This document shows, in pieces, positions 31,528 through 44,600 of a stretch of 64,000 nucleotides of DNA. A model generated the notes under the pieces. The model saw only the letters and a list, made by a program, of their open reading frames with translations, searched no databases and was not told the origin of the DNA. The translations under genes were made by a program, and so were the position numbers. Numbering within the stretch: position 1 is the stretch's first letter; each line of letters starts with the position of its first letter. Source of the stretch: Caecitellus pseudoparvulus (lineage: Eukaryota; Protista; Bigyra: Bicosoecida); the NCBI GenBank assembly GCA_965644315.1, contig CBFFRQ010000043.1, positions 682,001 to 746,000 of the forward strand, given 5' to 3'.

Positions 31528-32551
31528 TCACAGGTCCTTCTTGGCTGCAGCGTCTGTGGCAGGGGTCTCCTCCTCCTCGTCGGCCGTGGGGCTGACCATG
31601 TCTGAAGCAACTTCGGCGGCAGCGGCAATGGCCTCGCGGCCCTGCTTGGACTTGGCAGCGGCCACGCCGGCGTCACGCACAGCACCGCCAACCTCCTTGC
31701 TGCCCTCCAGAGTGCGCTCGATGGTTTCGTCAATGACGACTTCGTACTTGACGAGGAGAGGGCGGATGATGTTCTTGTACAGGCTCTCGGCGTTGTTGTG
31801 CCCGGGCAGCTGCGCGAGGGAACCAGAGAGGTGAGGCGACGAGAGCACGCGCCAGCGTCCGCCGCTCCTGCACGCACCATGAGCCACACGATGAAGGCCA
31901 GCTTGAGGGCAAAGTAGAAGGGGATGAAGTAGACGATGTACTCGACAAAAGTCTCCAGCACGGTGAAGGAAGAAAACACCACCCAGTATGTCAGCCTGCA
32001 CGGACAGGGCGGAATTTGGGATGACCACAGCAGCCACACAGCACCACTGCCCTGCGCCCAACGCACCACTGGATGTCGTCCTGGTGGTCCTCCTTGGTTT
32101 CCAGGGCCTTGAAGGACTGGTATGCGGGGAAGCCCAGCCCGATGATGTTCCTGCGACAGGCAGCGGGCGGGAGCAACGCCGGTGCGAATGCCTGACCACA
32201 CCCAGAACCTGCCACCAGTGACCCGCCAGCTGCCGTAGCTGCACTCACACGAGGAAGTTGGCGCCGAAGCCAAAGAAGACAAAGGCCAGGATGAAAAGGC
32301 CGCCGCCCAGCACGACGTACGCCCCGCGCAGTCCAGTGGCTTCAGAGAGCTGCTTCACGACTTCTGCACAAGGCGTGGTGGGCGGCCCGCAACGTGACAA
32401 TTCACGTGGCAAGGCTGCAGCTCAGCAAGCGTCTGGCGGGGGGGCACGCAGGGTGCCCTGACGCTGCACATCGACCATGCCACTCACGGAGGTGGCCAGT
32501 CTTCTCCTCCACTGTGTCCAAGGCCTTCACGAGGTTCTCCTGCATGGCCAT
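31528..32551 (-). CDS. REEP5: ER-shaping REEP5/Yop1 (TB2/DP1/HVA22) protein
   Basis: Multi-exon. NIIGLGFPAYQSFKALET, DDIQW/LTYWVVFS, FIPFYFALKLAFIVWLM/LP. Confidence 0.92.
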
Positions 32552-32715
32552 GGTGAACACTGAGCGTCGACGAGGGGAGCAGCAAGCTCCAGACGTGCCA
32601 AAGGTGGAGAGGGCAATCGACAGTGTGCGACAGACAAGCTGGGCTGGGCACGATTGCGGGGAAGGATAAATTGCCGCCTGCGCCAGTCTGCAGTGCACGC
32701 CCCACCTCTGGTGCC

Positions 32716-34297
32716 TCACCCCTCCTTGCCTTCGGCTGCGGCTGCGGCTGCCTCCTCCAGGCGCTCCTTGCACTTGCAATACCGCCGCCAGCGCTTGGCA
32801 GATTCGCTGGTCGTAGGCTCTGGCGTCAGGAACCCCTTGGCCTCTGACACCGTCGCGGCGTACTGCCCGTCATCCACGCGGATGTGCTGGTGCGCTGCCC
32901 CGACGCCAGAGATGTACATGGCAATGAAAGTGCGTGGGTGGTCCCCGACGCGGCGGAGGAACTCCGTGGCGTGCCCCGTGCCGAATGCATCCACCCACCC
33001 CTTCTCTGGCACCGTGCCTGGGTAGCCCCAGTCAAAGCGGCGGCCGCCTTGGATGCAGGGCTTCCGAGGCCCGGCCACCTCCCCGAACCGCCCACGCCAC
33101 GTGCGCACTCCGACGGCGGCGTCACTCAAGGGCAGCTCACTGCATGCCGTGAGGAAGGCACTGTACTCGTCAAAGGCGTGAGGAGGCAGGGCAGTGCACT
33201 CCTGCAGGATACGGATCACCTCATCCCGCTTGACTTCCACGGCGCCCTGCAGGCCTGCATGCCCCACCCGCTCCGCCGCCTCGCGGCCTTTCTTGCACAG
33301 CAGCGCCAATTGGTTCAGCGCATATCCTCCCAGCATCTCTGCAAGGATCAGGCCGAACCTGACAGGCGTGTCCAGCAGGATGCCAGGGCACCGGGCACCA
33401 CGAGAGCTGGGCAGCGACGCCACGCCCAGCACTCTGGCAGAGCCGTGCAGGAAAGTGGAGGAGTCTTCCAGCAGGCACAAGCTCCTTCGAATGAGCTGTG
33501 CTGCTGCTGGCAGGCGGAAGCCAGGGCTTTCCAGGGCCGCCTTGACCTGCTTCAGTCCTGCGCTGAGGTCACGCAAGCCTGCCCGAGCCAGCGCCTCAGC
33601 TGGCGAGGCATCCGCTTCCTTGCCTTCACCGGCGCCCGCAGCATCCTGCGTTTCCATCGCGTCTATTGCGAGGGCAAGGACGCTGGAGCGCTGTGCCGCC
33701 ACCTGAGCCGCCTCCGCCGCCGTCAATGTGCGAACGTGCAGCGTCAGCGGAGCTGGCTTGGCGCCTCCTTCCAAAGTCAGGATTGCCGTGACCTCATACT
33801 CTTGGTCCGGAACAAGGCCTTCAAAGGTGTGGGCCACCTTGTACATGCCTGCCACCCACATATCCTGGCTGTCCTGTGCGTGTCCCTCGGGGTTGGCCAC
33901 GTGCAGTTGCACGCTGAGCACGTGCTGCAGTCCGCACACCTCCACCGTCACCGACTCTGCATCCACCTGGTCAACGGGCACAAACACCACGCTACTCTCA
34001 TCCAAGCGCCTCTCTGTGCGCTGCTGCACCTTGAGGATGGCTTGGTGCTGCGCGAGTCCAAGATCTGCTCCGGCTTCGGCAGAAGTGCTGGCTGCGCCTC
34101 CAGCCACCCCGCCACTGTCCCCATTGTCCTGCGATGACCCTGCACAGCAATGCAAAGGGGGCGTGTTGTCCTCCTCCGCGCCTTTGAAGGGGAGGCTACT
34201 GGGGTACACCTGCGCTTGGCCTCCAGGACGCACCTGGAGCTGACTCTCCGGCAGCGGTTGCTGCCAGCGGAAATCGAGGCATGCGCGCTTCGCTCAT
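32716..34297 (-). CDS. Uncharacterised protein with a possible fibronectin-III-like domain
   Basis: Exon 34297-34234, phase-1 intron 34233-34140, long exon to 32716. HTFEGLVPDQEYEVTA resembles the FN3 signature. Confidence 0.6.
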
Positions 34298-34352
34298 GTT
34301 GTCGTCCCGTGGTGCAGGCGTTGCGGCCAGGCACAAACCATGCATTCGCTTG

Positions 34353-37300
34353 CTATCGCGCACGCATTGCCACCCGGGATCGGAACCGGTTTTTGCCAGG
34401 ACTCGTGAATGACGTCGCGCGCGAGCCGACGTTGCCAGAGCCCATGGAGCGCAGTGAACCCACAGTGCCCCGTGCCATGGTGGAGCGCCCTGCAGGGTCC
34501 TTCAGCCGGCGCTTGAGGTACTTCGGCACGTCTGTGTCGAATCCGAAGCGAGCAAGCATGGCCTTGCTTTCGAAGATGTCGTAGGACACCTGGCCGTGCA
34601 TCTGCACGATCTCCCCCACCTCTGGCTTCTTCACCTTCAAGTCCAGCCCCATGCGGCGGTAGAACTCCTCCGCAATGGCCTTCTGGCGCTCTGCAGCCTG
34701 CTCAGCCTGGTGCGCACGTGCTGCCGCCTCAGTGCCCTCCACCATGCCTGCCACCAGGGAGGAGGAGGGGCGCAGGTGTGGGTCGGGCGGCGGCGGGGAC
34801 ACGGGTCCGCCCGCTGCCGCCCCTGTCCCCCCCCAATCCTCCACGTTCGCCGCAAAGGCAGAGGCAGCGGCAGCCCCGGCCCCAGGCGTGCTGGCAGGCA
34901 TGGGTGTGTGGCCAGTGAGGTCTTCTGGTGGCACGTACATGGAGCCCAGCTCCTGCTGCAGCTGCTCCTCCACCACGGCCGCGATGCCTTCCTCATCCTC
35001 GTGGTCCCGAATGCCGCCGCCAGCAGCCATGGCCAGGAGGTCTTCGTCGTCTTCAATGGCCCACACCTCTTCCTCGTCGTCAGCTGCACTGGATGGCGAC
35101 GTGGGCCCAGACTGGCCCATGGAGCCAGCCCGCTCAGCAGTGTGCTGCACGGCGGTGGCGGCCCCGGGCAGCTTTGCCGTCGTGGACAAGAACACGTGCT
35201 GTGTGAGCAGGAAGTCCTCTGCGAGCATGGGCCGCGCGCCGCCGGCCACTGGCACAGCCACATGGCCTGCACTGGGGGCAGCGCTGGTGCCGTTCAAGCC
35301 TCCTGCCGACACGGCCTGTGGTGAGGTGGGCCCAGGTGAGGCGGCAGGCGCTGAGGGGGCCTTTGCTGCTGTCACGCTCCAAGGATCCACTCGCGTGGCC
35401 ACGTCCCGGGGCACGAGGTGCTGTTTTATGCGGCGCACCAAGAGGCTGGGACGCCGGGGCTTTTCCCCCGACTCAGCAGCGCCACCCTTGGTGCTCGTAC
35501 CCTCGGGGCGGGTCTGAGGGGCTGCCTGTCCGGGGTTTGCGTTGGCACTGTCTCGCGTGCCTGCGGGGGGCTCGTCCCCCTCGCCCTGTCCATGAGACGG
35601 GTCGCCCTCCTCGCCGCCTGACGGAAGTCGGCGGTGTGTAGGGGAGGGCTCGGCATCTTGCCCCACCTCTGAGTCGCTGCCGTCTCCCTTGTCGTCCACA
35701 CTCCTGGCGGTGGGGGACAAGCCTCCGCTGCCACCATCGCTTTGCCCGTCCTCGGCGGCATCTGCGCCGCCGGCTGTGGACGGCGTCGCTGGAGTTTCTT
35801 CCTCCTCCACAGTCTCCTCCTGCGTCACAGCCACGTACTCTGTGTGGTGCTCAATCAGCGGGTCCAGCTCTTTGGCAGGTGCAGAGGCCACCAGGGCGTT
35901 GAACTGCGTCCGCCACTGCGGCCCCGATGCCAGCAGGGCAGACACCAGTGCCTCTTCATGGGCGCCCCACCCCGCCTTCTCTTGGCGCACCAGGAAGACG
36001 CGCTGGCGACGCTCGCGCTCTCGTTCAAGGGCTGCCTGGCGCTGCGCCCGCATTTGCTCGTGGCGCTGGTGCCTGGCTTGCTGCTCTGCGAACTCCGCCT
36101 GCCGCAGCATCTCCCTCATTTGCCCCAGGGCCTGCCGCTCAGCTTCCTGCATGTGGGTCTGCCCCTCCAAGCGCTTCTGCGCTGCCTCGCGCACCATGCG
36201 GTGGTAGTTCTCCATGTGCACGCTGCGCTCCTGGATGGCGCGGGAGCGGCGCCGGACGGCTTCCTGCAGCTTGCCCTGCAGGGAACGCTTGACGGGGCGC
36301 GTTTCCAGGTCCCGCAACACTTCTGTGGGAATGGCGTCGAAGTAGTTTGGCAGGTTCTTGCCAGTGGCCAGCGCGCGCTTGACGCGGTCTGAGCAGCCGA
36401 AGCGCAGGCAGGGGCAGATGGCCAGCACGAGGCGGCGGGCATTCAGCACGAAGACCCGGAACATCAAGAGGTAGAACACAGTCAGGACGAGGAGGAAGAT
36501 GTGGGGGATGGCGTGGGACTCGCCCATCCGGCGCCCGAAGTCCAGGTTGCCACCGTCCAGGAAGGACGCTGCGCGGGTCAGCGTGGCTTCGTTGGCTGAG
36601 GCGATCTCGCCAGAGTTCAGGGAAATGGCAGCGGCGGTGGAGTCGCCCTGCACGGCGTTGGCGGGCGGGAAGATGTCACCGTTGGTGAGCATCCAGAACC
36701 CCACCGCCAGCTTCAGCAGGGCGGCAAAGGGCAGCAGGGATGTGAACTGAGCAGCCAGCTCGGGGCCGTACCGAGGCGGAGTGCGGTACACATACGCGAA
36801 GAGGAACTTGTCAACCCAGAAGGAGACGATGAAAGACACCATGGCCACGGGCAGCAAGATGGGCAGCCCCGTGGAGAAGGTGAGGCACACGAAGATGACG
36901 TTGAAAGCCTGGGCGTACCGCTCATCCAGCAGCATCTTGGGGCCAAGGTAGGTGTTGTTGAGTTGGCGCTGGGTGATGCACTTCGTGCGGTGGTGGTCAC
37001 ACGTGCACGACCTGTCACGGCAGCGATTCACCTTGGTCTTCAGCCACGCCAGCATGGGCGGGCCATGAGGCAAGATGATGTTCAGGCACATGGTGAGGGT
37101 GATGGACACGCCCACCGAAGCGTACCAGTCCTGGGAGAAGTCTGTGAACTCCCCTCGGCGCAGGGGCTCAAAGTCCGTGTCGATGCGGGCGTGGATGAAC
37201 AGGACGATGGCAGCAGTGTTCAGGAACTGCAGCACGAACATCTTGAAGGCGCGGGACAGCAACTCCGACGTCTTGCTCTTGTGCCGCTCGAACTTGACGA

Positions 37301-40056
37301 CGAACTTCAGAATGTACCGCAGCACCAAGTTCACCGTCAAGGTGATGATGGCTGTGCCGTAGGACAGCACCTGCACTTGCAAGTACGTCGAGAACCAGCT
37401 GACACACAGCGTGCGGCTGCCTGAGGGCGTGTCGAAGCGGGTGTTGAACATGACCTCCGGGTCGGTGACGTCCAAGATGGACAAGCAGTGGCACTCCAGC
37501 AACCCCGTGCGCCCCGTGTTCAAGCCAAACTCCTCGAAGAACTCATCCTGCACCACCAGCGTCTTGTTCGAAACGACATCCTCCGGGAAAGTCGCGCAGT
37601 CGGCACTGGTGTACTCTCGGGCGACAGTGCGTTTCGCGTCCTCAGCAAGGAACACAGCCAGTCCTGACAAGGCCAGGACCAGCAGTGTGAACAGCGTCGT
37701 GAGCATCACACGGAAGGTGCGTGTGTTCACGTTCAAGTTGGCCCAGTTGATGTCCGTCGGCTCGTCTGCACGCTGCACCCACACGCGGTGGATGCCGGCG
37801 TACTTGTTAGCACGCTTCTGGCAGCAGTAGTACAAGAGGGTGGAACGGGGGTACGTCTCCAGCGCCCGCAAGCACGCCTCTTCCTCTTCAAATGTAATGT
37901 ACGCGGATACGGCCTGCTCGTTGCCTTTCGTGGACTCCCGCTGGTCCAGCACGCGGTCCATGTGCTCCAGCTCGGACTTGAGCTTGTTCAGACCTGCCTT
38001 CACCTTCTCCATCGTGCGCTCGTCGGCACCCTGTTTGTGCTTCAGCAGCATGGACTGGATGCGTTTGTCCATGCGCTTGAGCACCTTGCCGCGCTTCTCC
38101 AGCAACTCCACCACCTCCGTGTTGGCCATGGCGAAGGAGATGTCCGCAATGGCTGGGTTGGTCAGCTCCCTCTCCACCTTCTTGGCCCGGGACACGACCT
38201 TGCTGAAGTGCAGGCGCAGCTGTTCGTCCAGCTTACCCAAGTTCTGGTGGGGGGGCAGCTTGGGCATGAAGACGGAGTAGTCGGCAGCCGACACATCCCG
38301 GAACGAGCGCACCTCCTGCCGCTCCAGCTCCCCCAGCATGAGGATGGCGAACATGAAGAGGATGACAATGACGGCGTCAAACATCCCCAGGAACACTGCA
38401 ACTTCAGTCTTGCTGAAGGTCTCCGTGAACACGAACACGGACGTGTCGAAGCACTGTGCGATGACGAGCAGCCGGTGCTGGCCTGGCGCTGGAAGCTCGG
38501 GGGACACCAGCTGCACTTTGGAGGAAATGGGGTGGATGAACCGCACGCCCTGCGTCGCAGTGCCGTTCTCCGGGAAGGCTGCCACCTCCTCCACCCTGCC
38601 GTCCGTGTACACGACGGAGTACCCGGTGGGGGTGGGGCTGGAGTCCTCAAAGGCGTCCAGGTCAAACAGGTCCGGGTCGTCCAGGGTGGCGTTGGGCCAC
38701 ACACAGCTGGCGAGGTCCCCAGTGGGGTCCAGAGGGTACGTGCAGTCGCCGTTGGGCAGCACGGCACCTCCATCGGGGCACTCGGTGCCGTACACCTCCG
38801 ACGGCTGCCAGGTGATGTTGCGAGAGCTGGCTGGGATAGAGCACGCTTGTGCACCCAGGCACAGCCCCTCCACGGCGATCTCTGCACCTCGAGCGTGACA
38901 GTGCGAGTTCAGCACCACGGACAGCCAGCCAAAGTCAGGGCGGTTGTCCACAAGCTGGTGTGCACAGCACGACCCCGAGCGGAACTCGTCACCTGTCGGC
39001 GTGGGCACCTGCCGCTTCACCTCCAGGTGGCAGTAGGAGCCTTCGGGCAAGCACTGCGCGCCGTCGATGTTGCCCCCATCGCACTCGCCGCTGTCACGGG
39101 AGGGCTGCTGCGCTGCGGGGCAGGAGCAGGAGCCAGACGGCAGGCCGTAGTACGCTTGGATGTTGCCTACGACGGCACCTGCGGGGCATTGGATCTCCAC
39201 ACTCTCCCCATCCAGAGCCTGGCTGCAGACGTCCAGGCCCTCGCCCAGGTTCCCCATCGTCAGCAGGGACAGGCGGTCCAGGGGCGTGACAACTTCCGCC
39301 TCCAGCTTTCCACCACTGAACATGAGCAACATGTTGGGCACCGCAAGCAATGAGAGGATTCCCATGACGATTATCATGAACTTCAGAAAGCGATAGTATA
39401 AAGTGACGCCGATGCCTGAGGTGGTCGGGGAAGGTGGGGAACCACGGGTTCTCGGTTTAGCACGGCAGCATGCGGAGTGCTTCGCCTGGCGTTTCAGCCG
39501 CGTCTCCTGCCGACTCACCGTATGGAGCGAAGTCTGACTCGCTGGGTCCACACCACCTTTCGCAGCTGCCCCCGTCTGATCCATACATGCCTGTGCAAGG
39601 GGTGGTTCAGGGCTCCGCCGTGCGCGTGCTGCTCTGGCACCATCCGCCCAGCTGCGACGTCGCCTGGCCACCAACGTCGCACCCACCAGTTCTGAGCTCC
39701 CACGGCGAAAACAAGCGATACTCGATGGCTTCGCCCAATTCATTGAGCTTCGTGACCTTTCGAGGGTGGTTGCGGTTCCGAGACTTGTACGCCTGTACAC
39801 AAGCAGCAGGGTGTGGTGCTCTAGCATTCGCTGGCGTTTCACGTACGCGGCTGGGCTTCCAGCGTCGGCGAGCTCAGCCTCTCACCTGCTGCAGGCTCAA
39901 ATGCGGCGGTTGTCCCTTGAGGGACACATCTTTCGAGTACTCTTCCTTGGTCTGCCCCTTCAGACGCTTCGCTGCTGCGGCATCTTGCCCCAGCTTCGGC
40001 AGATGCTCTGGCGACGCGGGTGGCACAGGCGGTGGCGCTACACTTGGAGCTGCCAT
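34353..40056 (-). CDS. OSCA/CSC1/TMEM63-like mechanosensitive channel with lectin-like extracellular loop
   Basis: GIGVTLYYRFLK, LTMGNLG, SAADYSVF, AYITFEEEE, RADEPTDINWANL, FVLQFLNTA, DFSQDWYASVG, GLPILLP, FWVDKFLF..YRTPPRY. About 10 TM segments, three short 5' exons, long disordered C-terminus. Confidence 0.85.
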
Positions 40057-40356
40057 GGCGGCCAGGCGCGCGTGCCGTGCAACACGCGACCTTCTGGCCC
40101 TCACAGGTGAGGGGGTGTCCAGGTCCAGTGAGGAGGGCGTCTGCACGTGATGAATTGCTGCGTGACGTCGAATGCCAGCGTTTCGGAGAGGCACAGTGCG
40201 CCCACCGGCCGGCAGGTGTGCACCTGAAGCTCAAGCCAGCCTGCGGTCAGCCGGCCAACGTGCTCTGCAGGGTACGACCTCAGAGGCGTTTTCCCAAGGC
40301 TTTTCAACGAAGAGGCCGTTCGGCGCCTGGGGTTCGCATGGGTCGCGCTGGCAACC

Positions 40357-41195
40357 TCACTGCTCCCGGGATGTGAGCACGAACAGGCCCATGACGCCCA
40401 GGAGCACAAACTTGAACCAGGGGTAGTCATTGAGCAAAATCGTGACCATGCCCAGATACGGCACGCTCCTGTGGAGGGAGGGGGGGGGTTGTGGCGCCGT
40501 GAATGTGCGAGCTGTGCGGGTCAGCGTGCGGAAACGCACCACCTGGCCCGCCCAACGATTTCGTCCCGCGTCAGCCACCGTTGGCCCCAGGCGTACAAGC
40601 CGCGGTCATCCACCCGGTTGTTGTCCCCCTTGGTCAAGTATTGCACGGTGCCGTCACTCCTGGAGCGGCACAGCACACGCGGGGGGCTGTGTGCAAGGGC
40701 AGGTGAAGTCAACGGGGCACGCTCAACGCACAGCTCATGTGTCTCAAGCACCCTGTGCACGATGGGCACCTCCCTCTCAGAGATGGAGTACACCACCACT
40801 TCTCCCACGTTGATGCGGGTGGGGTGGTTGTCCAGGAACAGCACGTCGCCCCGCTGGAACGCCGGCTCCATGCTCCCACTGTGATGGCGTGCCGGCGGCG
40901 CTGTGCCACGGCGGCGGGGCCTGGCGGGGCGAGGCGCGCGCTCACCTCAACACCACCACGACGGGTGACTCGCTGATAGTGCAAACCATGGCGGTCTTCC
41001 AAATGATCAGGGCTGAGAAGACCACCATGGCCAGGTTCAGCACTTGAAACAGCGCCTGTGAGGCGCACGCCAGGCGCTTGCAAGGGGAGGCGAGACGGCT
41101 CAGCCTGGACCCGTGAAACGTACCTGGTGAGGGTTGCGCACAAGCTCCTTGAGCTGGGTGTATTGCCCCATCACCTCGGCCTTGACGTACTCCAT
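40357..41195 (-). CDS. SEC11: Signal peptidase complex catalytic subunit SEC11
   Basis: Five exons. [51 protein letters not shown]. Confidence 0.96.
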
Positions 41196-41613
41196 GGCGG
41201 TCGCAGGAGGCTGTGGGCTGCAAGCCACGTGCGGAAATCGGTCCCTGCCACGCGGCAGTTCGCGAGGCTAAACCCTTGCAAGAGCAGGTCTTGCTCAGCG
41301 ACCGGGAAAAGGGGAAACGCCGTTTTAGCTCCTACCGGGCACACTGAGGCCACAGTTGGGAGTGTGGGCTTTGAAAAGTAGGGTAGGCCGCCCAAGCACG
41401 CGACAAAGCCAGGGACAGGATTGCCGCCCAGCACGGCAAATGCCCTCACTGAAACAAAAACAGAAGCATACTGCACCAAATCCTGTCGATGGTTTCTCCC
41501 ACACTGTCCATTTGCAGTGCCTCTCTTCCTCAGAAACGCAGGTGAAGGCAGGAAAGCGTGTGTGGCTCAAAATCCGCACGTGACGTGTGCTTTGGGACCG
41601 CCTCGCACCCGCC

Positions 41614-44600
41614 ATGGACATGGAGGGGGGCGAACAAGGTGATGAGTGGGGGGGTGATCTCTTTGAAGCATGCAGCCGGGACGACGTCGACCGTGTGGAG
41701 GAGCTGCTGTCAGGCGGGGTGCAGCCGGATGACCGACGAGGGTGTGGGGAAACAGCACTGCACGTCTGTGGTGCGTCCCGCGGCTCCAGGCCTTCCCCGC
41801 ACACTGCAAGCGCCGATCAACCCATGCCCTACACTGTGCACAGCTCGATTTGGGTCGGCCTACTGCGCTGAGGCGCTCATCGCGTCTGGTGCGGACGTGT
41901 GTGCCTGCGACCTGGAATCTCGGTGGACGCCGCTGCACCTTGCGCTGTACAGCGGCAACGCGGGTGTGGCGCTGGTCCTTGCAGCTGCCCTGCAGAGCCG
42001 GCTGTCCCACAGTGGCTCCGACGCCCCGCCCTCTGCGGCAGGACCGTGGGCATTCAGCGTGGCTCCGCCCCACACGGCGGCCGGGCCGGACTCCAGCGCC
42101 AGCCGAGCCCTTGCCCGGGCACTGCACGGCCAGCCAGTGCCTGGCCCGCTGCCCCAGCCGCCCTCCAGGGCGACCAAGCGGGCTGGCATGCCTGCCAACG
42201 CGCCCACCCACCTTCTGGACTTCCAGGGCTGCTATCCTCTGGATGTGGCCGCTGGACGCCTGACGCCGTGGCTGCAGTGGAGCAGGGGTGCTATGGCCCT
42301 GGCCTGTGCGAAGGGCCCCCACAGCAGCCACGTGGCAAGCCTGGTGGATCGGTGGAACACCCTTGTGGCCAGCTGCCCACTTGGCACTGGGGAGTGCCTG
42401 CCGCTGGACCCGTTGTGGCCTCAGCGCACGCGGCCACGTGCCGACACCGCCGGCTCCTTCGGGTACGCGCCGGATTCAGATGCCTCCTCGGCATGTTCAG
42501 GCAGCTCAGAGGAGGAGGCGGGGAGAGGAGCTGCAGCTGGGCCTGGGGAGGGGCAGCCGCTGCAGCGCCTCCCGTGGACCACCCAGGTGCGGTCCTGCGG
42601 TCAGCGCCGCGCACAGCTCGGCCTACCCCCAGGCACAGCCCCCTCTGTGGCCCACTTCCGCACCGTTTCCTCCCTGTCTGGCTCTGGGGACGCAAGGGTG
42701 TCACACAGCCCCCTGGCCCCCGTCGCCATCTGCGCCGTGTCTGCTGGACACGCGCACTCCCTGGCCCTGGACGTGACGGGGCGAGTGTGGGCGTGGGGTG
42801 TGGGGAGCAAGGGACAGTTGGGGTGTGGAGGGGGGGTGGACCACCCCTTCCCCACCCCAGTGCAGCAGGCAGGCGGTGTTCGCATGCTGGCTGTGGCTGC
42901 CGGTGGGGCACACTCCTTGGCTGTGGACTCAGAGGGAGGCATGTGGGGCTGGGGCTGCAACGCTGATGGCGCACTGATGCTGGGCAAGGGTGCAGCCTCC
43001 CAAGTTGACACTCCAAGCCGTGTTTCGGGCGCTCTGGGGCGAGGCGGGGCAGGCGTGGCGTGGGGCGTCGTGGCCGTCGCTGCTGGCACGAGGCACTCCG
43101 TTGCAGTCACAGACCGTGGCCAGGCGTGGTGTGCGGGGGCCAACGAGGAGGGGCAGTGCGGCGTGTCCCTGAGTCACAAGGGGCAAGGCGCCGAGTCGAA
43201 GTGCGTCGTGGTGCCGCATTGTGTCGTTTCCAGTGGCGTCGTCGGGTGTGCGGCGGGGCCCGCTGTTACCCTGCTGCAGCTGTCAGGAGGGGGGGTGCTG
43301 CAAGTGGGAGGGGGGGGTCACACGCCACGTGGCGTGACGTTGGACGCAGATGCCGCCCAAGCTGCTGAAGCCGCGGAAGCCAGGAGCGCGTCCCTGCCCC
43401 TGCCCGTCTCCAACCTCGGCACCATGCGAGGCGGGGTGTACCGCCGCGAAGTGGGGCAGGTGTCCCCGCCCAGCAACAGTGGAGCCACCGGCCCCTTCAC
43501 GTCCGGCCCCCGCTGCGCACGCAGAGTCCCCCTGCCTCCTGCTGCCGCACTGCCAGTGAGCCACTGCCTCCCATCTGGCACGGCCTGGATGACACGGGAG
43601 GGGGGTGCCTCGTCGTGGAGTGGTGGATGGACGGCTGGCCAAGCACGCCAAGCTCTGGGCGCTGGTGAGTGGCAGTCAGGCCGGCGCTTCGGGCGCTCGG
43701 CACAGGTGGTGGCACTTGCAGCAGGGGGCGACTCCTGCCTGGCGCTGGATGAGGAGGGCGGCGTGTGGGAGTGGTCCGTCCGTGATGCCACGCCAGTGGG
43801 CACTCGCAACGCAGCACTGCGCAGAGCTGGGCAACGGGCCGTGGCCATCGCAGCAGGGGGCGGGGGCGTGCGGGGGGCCGTCACCATCGCGGGGGATGTC
43901 CTCACGTGGGGCACTGGGCCCGCGTCTGGCCACGCTGGCAGTGGGCCCATCTCAGTGCCCACCCGCCTCCCTGACGTGGCGCAAGCGGTTGGCTTGGCCA
44001 TGGGCGCCTGCCACACCCTCCTCCTCACGGCCACTGCACTGCCAGCCCTCCCAGACATACATGCCGCCTCAGTTGAAGCGTGCGTGTGCAACGGCTGGGA
44101 AGACGGGCTGTCTGAGGCGGTGCAGGTGACGCAGGCGGACACGCACGCGTTCCCGGAACACGACCAGGGGTCATGCTCGTTCAGTGACAGCAGCTCCAGC
44201 TCCAGCTCCAGTGATGAGGAGGAAGATGACGACGTGTGGAGTGCCTTCGACGACGAGATGGCGTTCCTCACCATGCCCTCGTCTGACCTGCATGCACCTG
44301 CCGGCGCGCCGGGCAACGAGTTGGAAGGGGGCAGCCCAGGGCGTTGGGCAGGCAATGGTGGGATGCCCAGACCCCGCTCAGCACTTGCTGTGGTGTCTAG
44401 GTCTCGCCGCAACTACGCTGGGCGCAAGCGAGGGCGAGCAAAGCGCCACCGAGCACGGCACCGGGCACGAGCCTCACGTGAGGACACCGCCACTGTCCTG
44501 GCGGAGTGGCAGGGCCTGACGCCTGGCATCCTTCGATCCCCCACCGCAGGCACACCGCGGGTGCAGCTCGCGTCATGGGCGCACTTGGGGGGGGTGGGGC

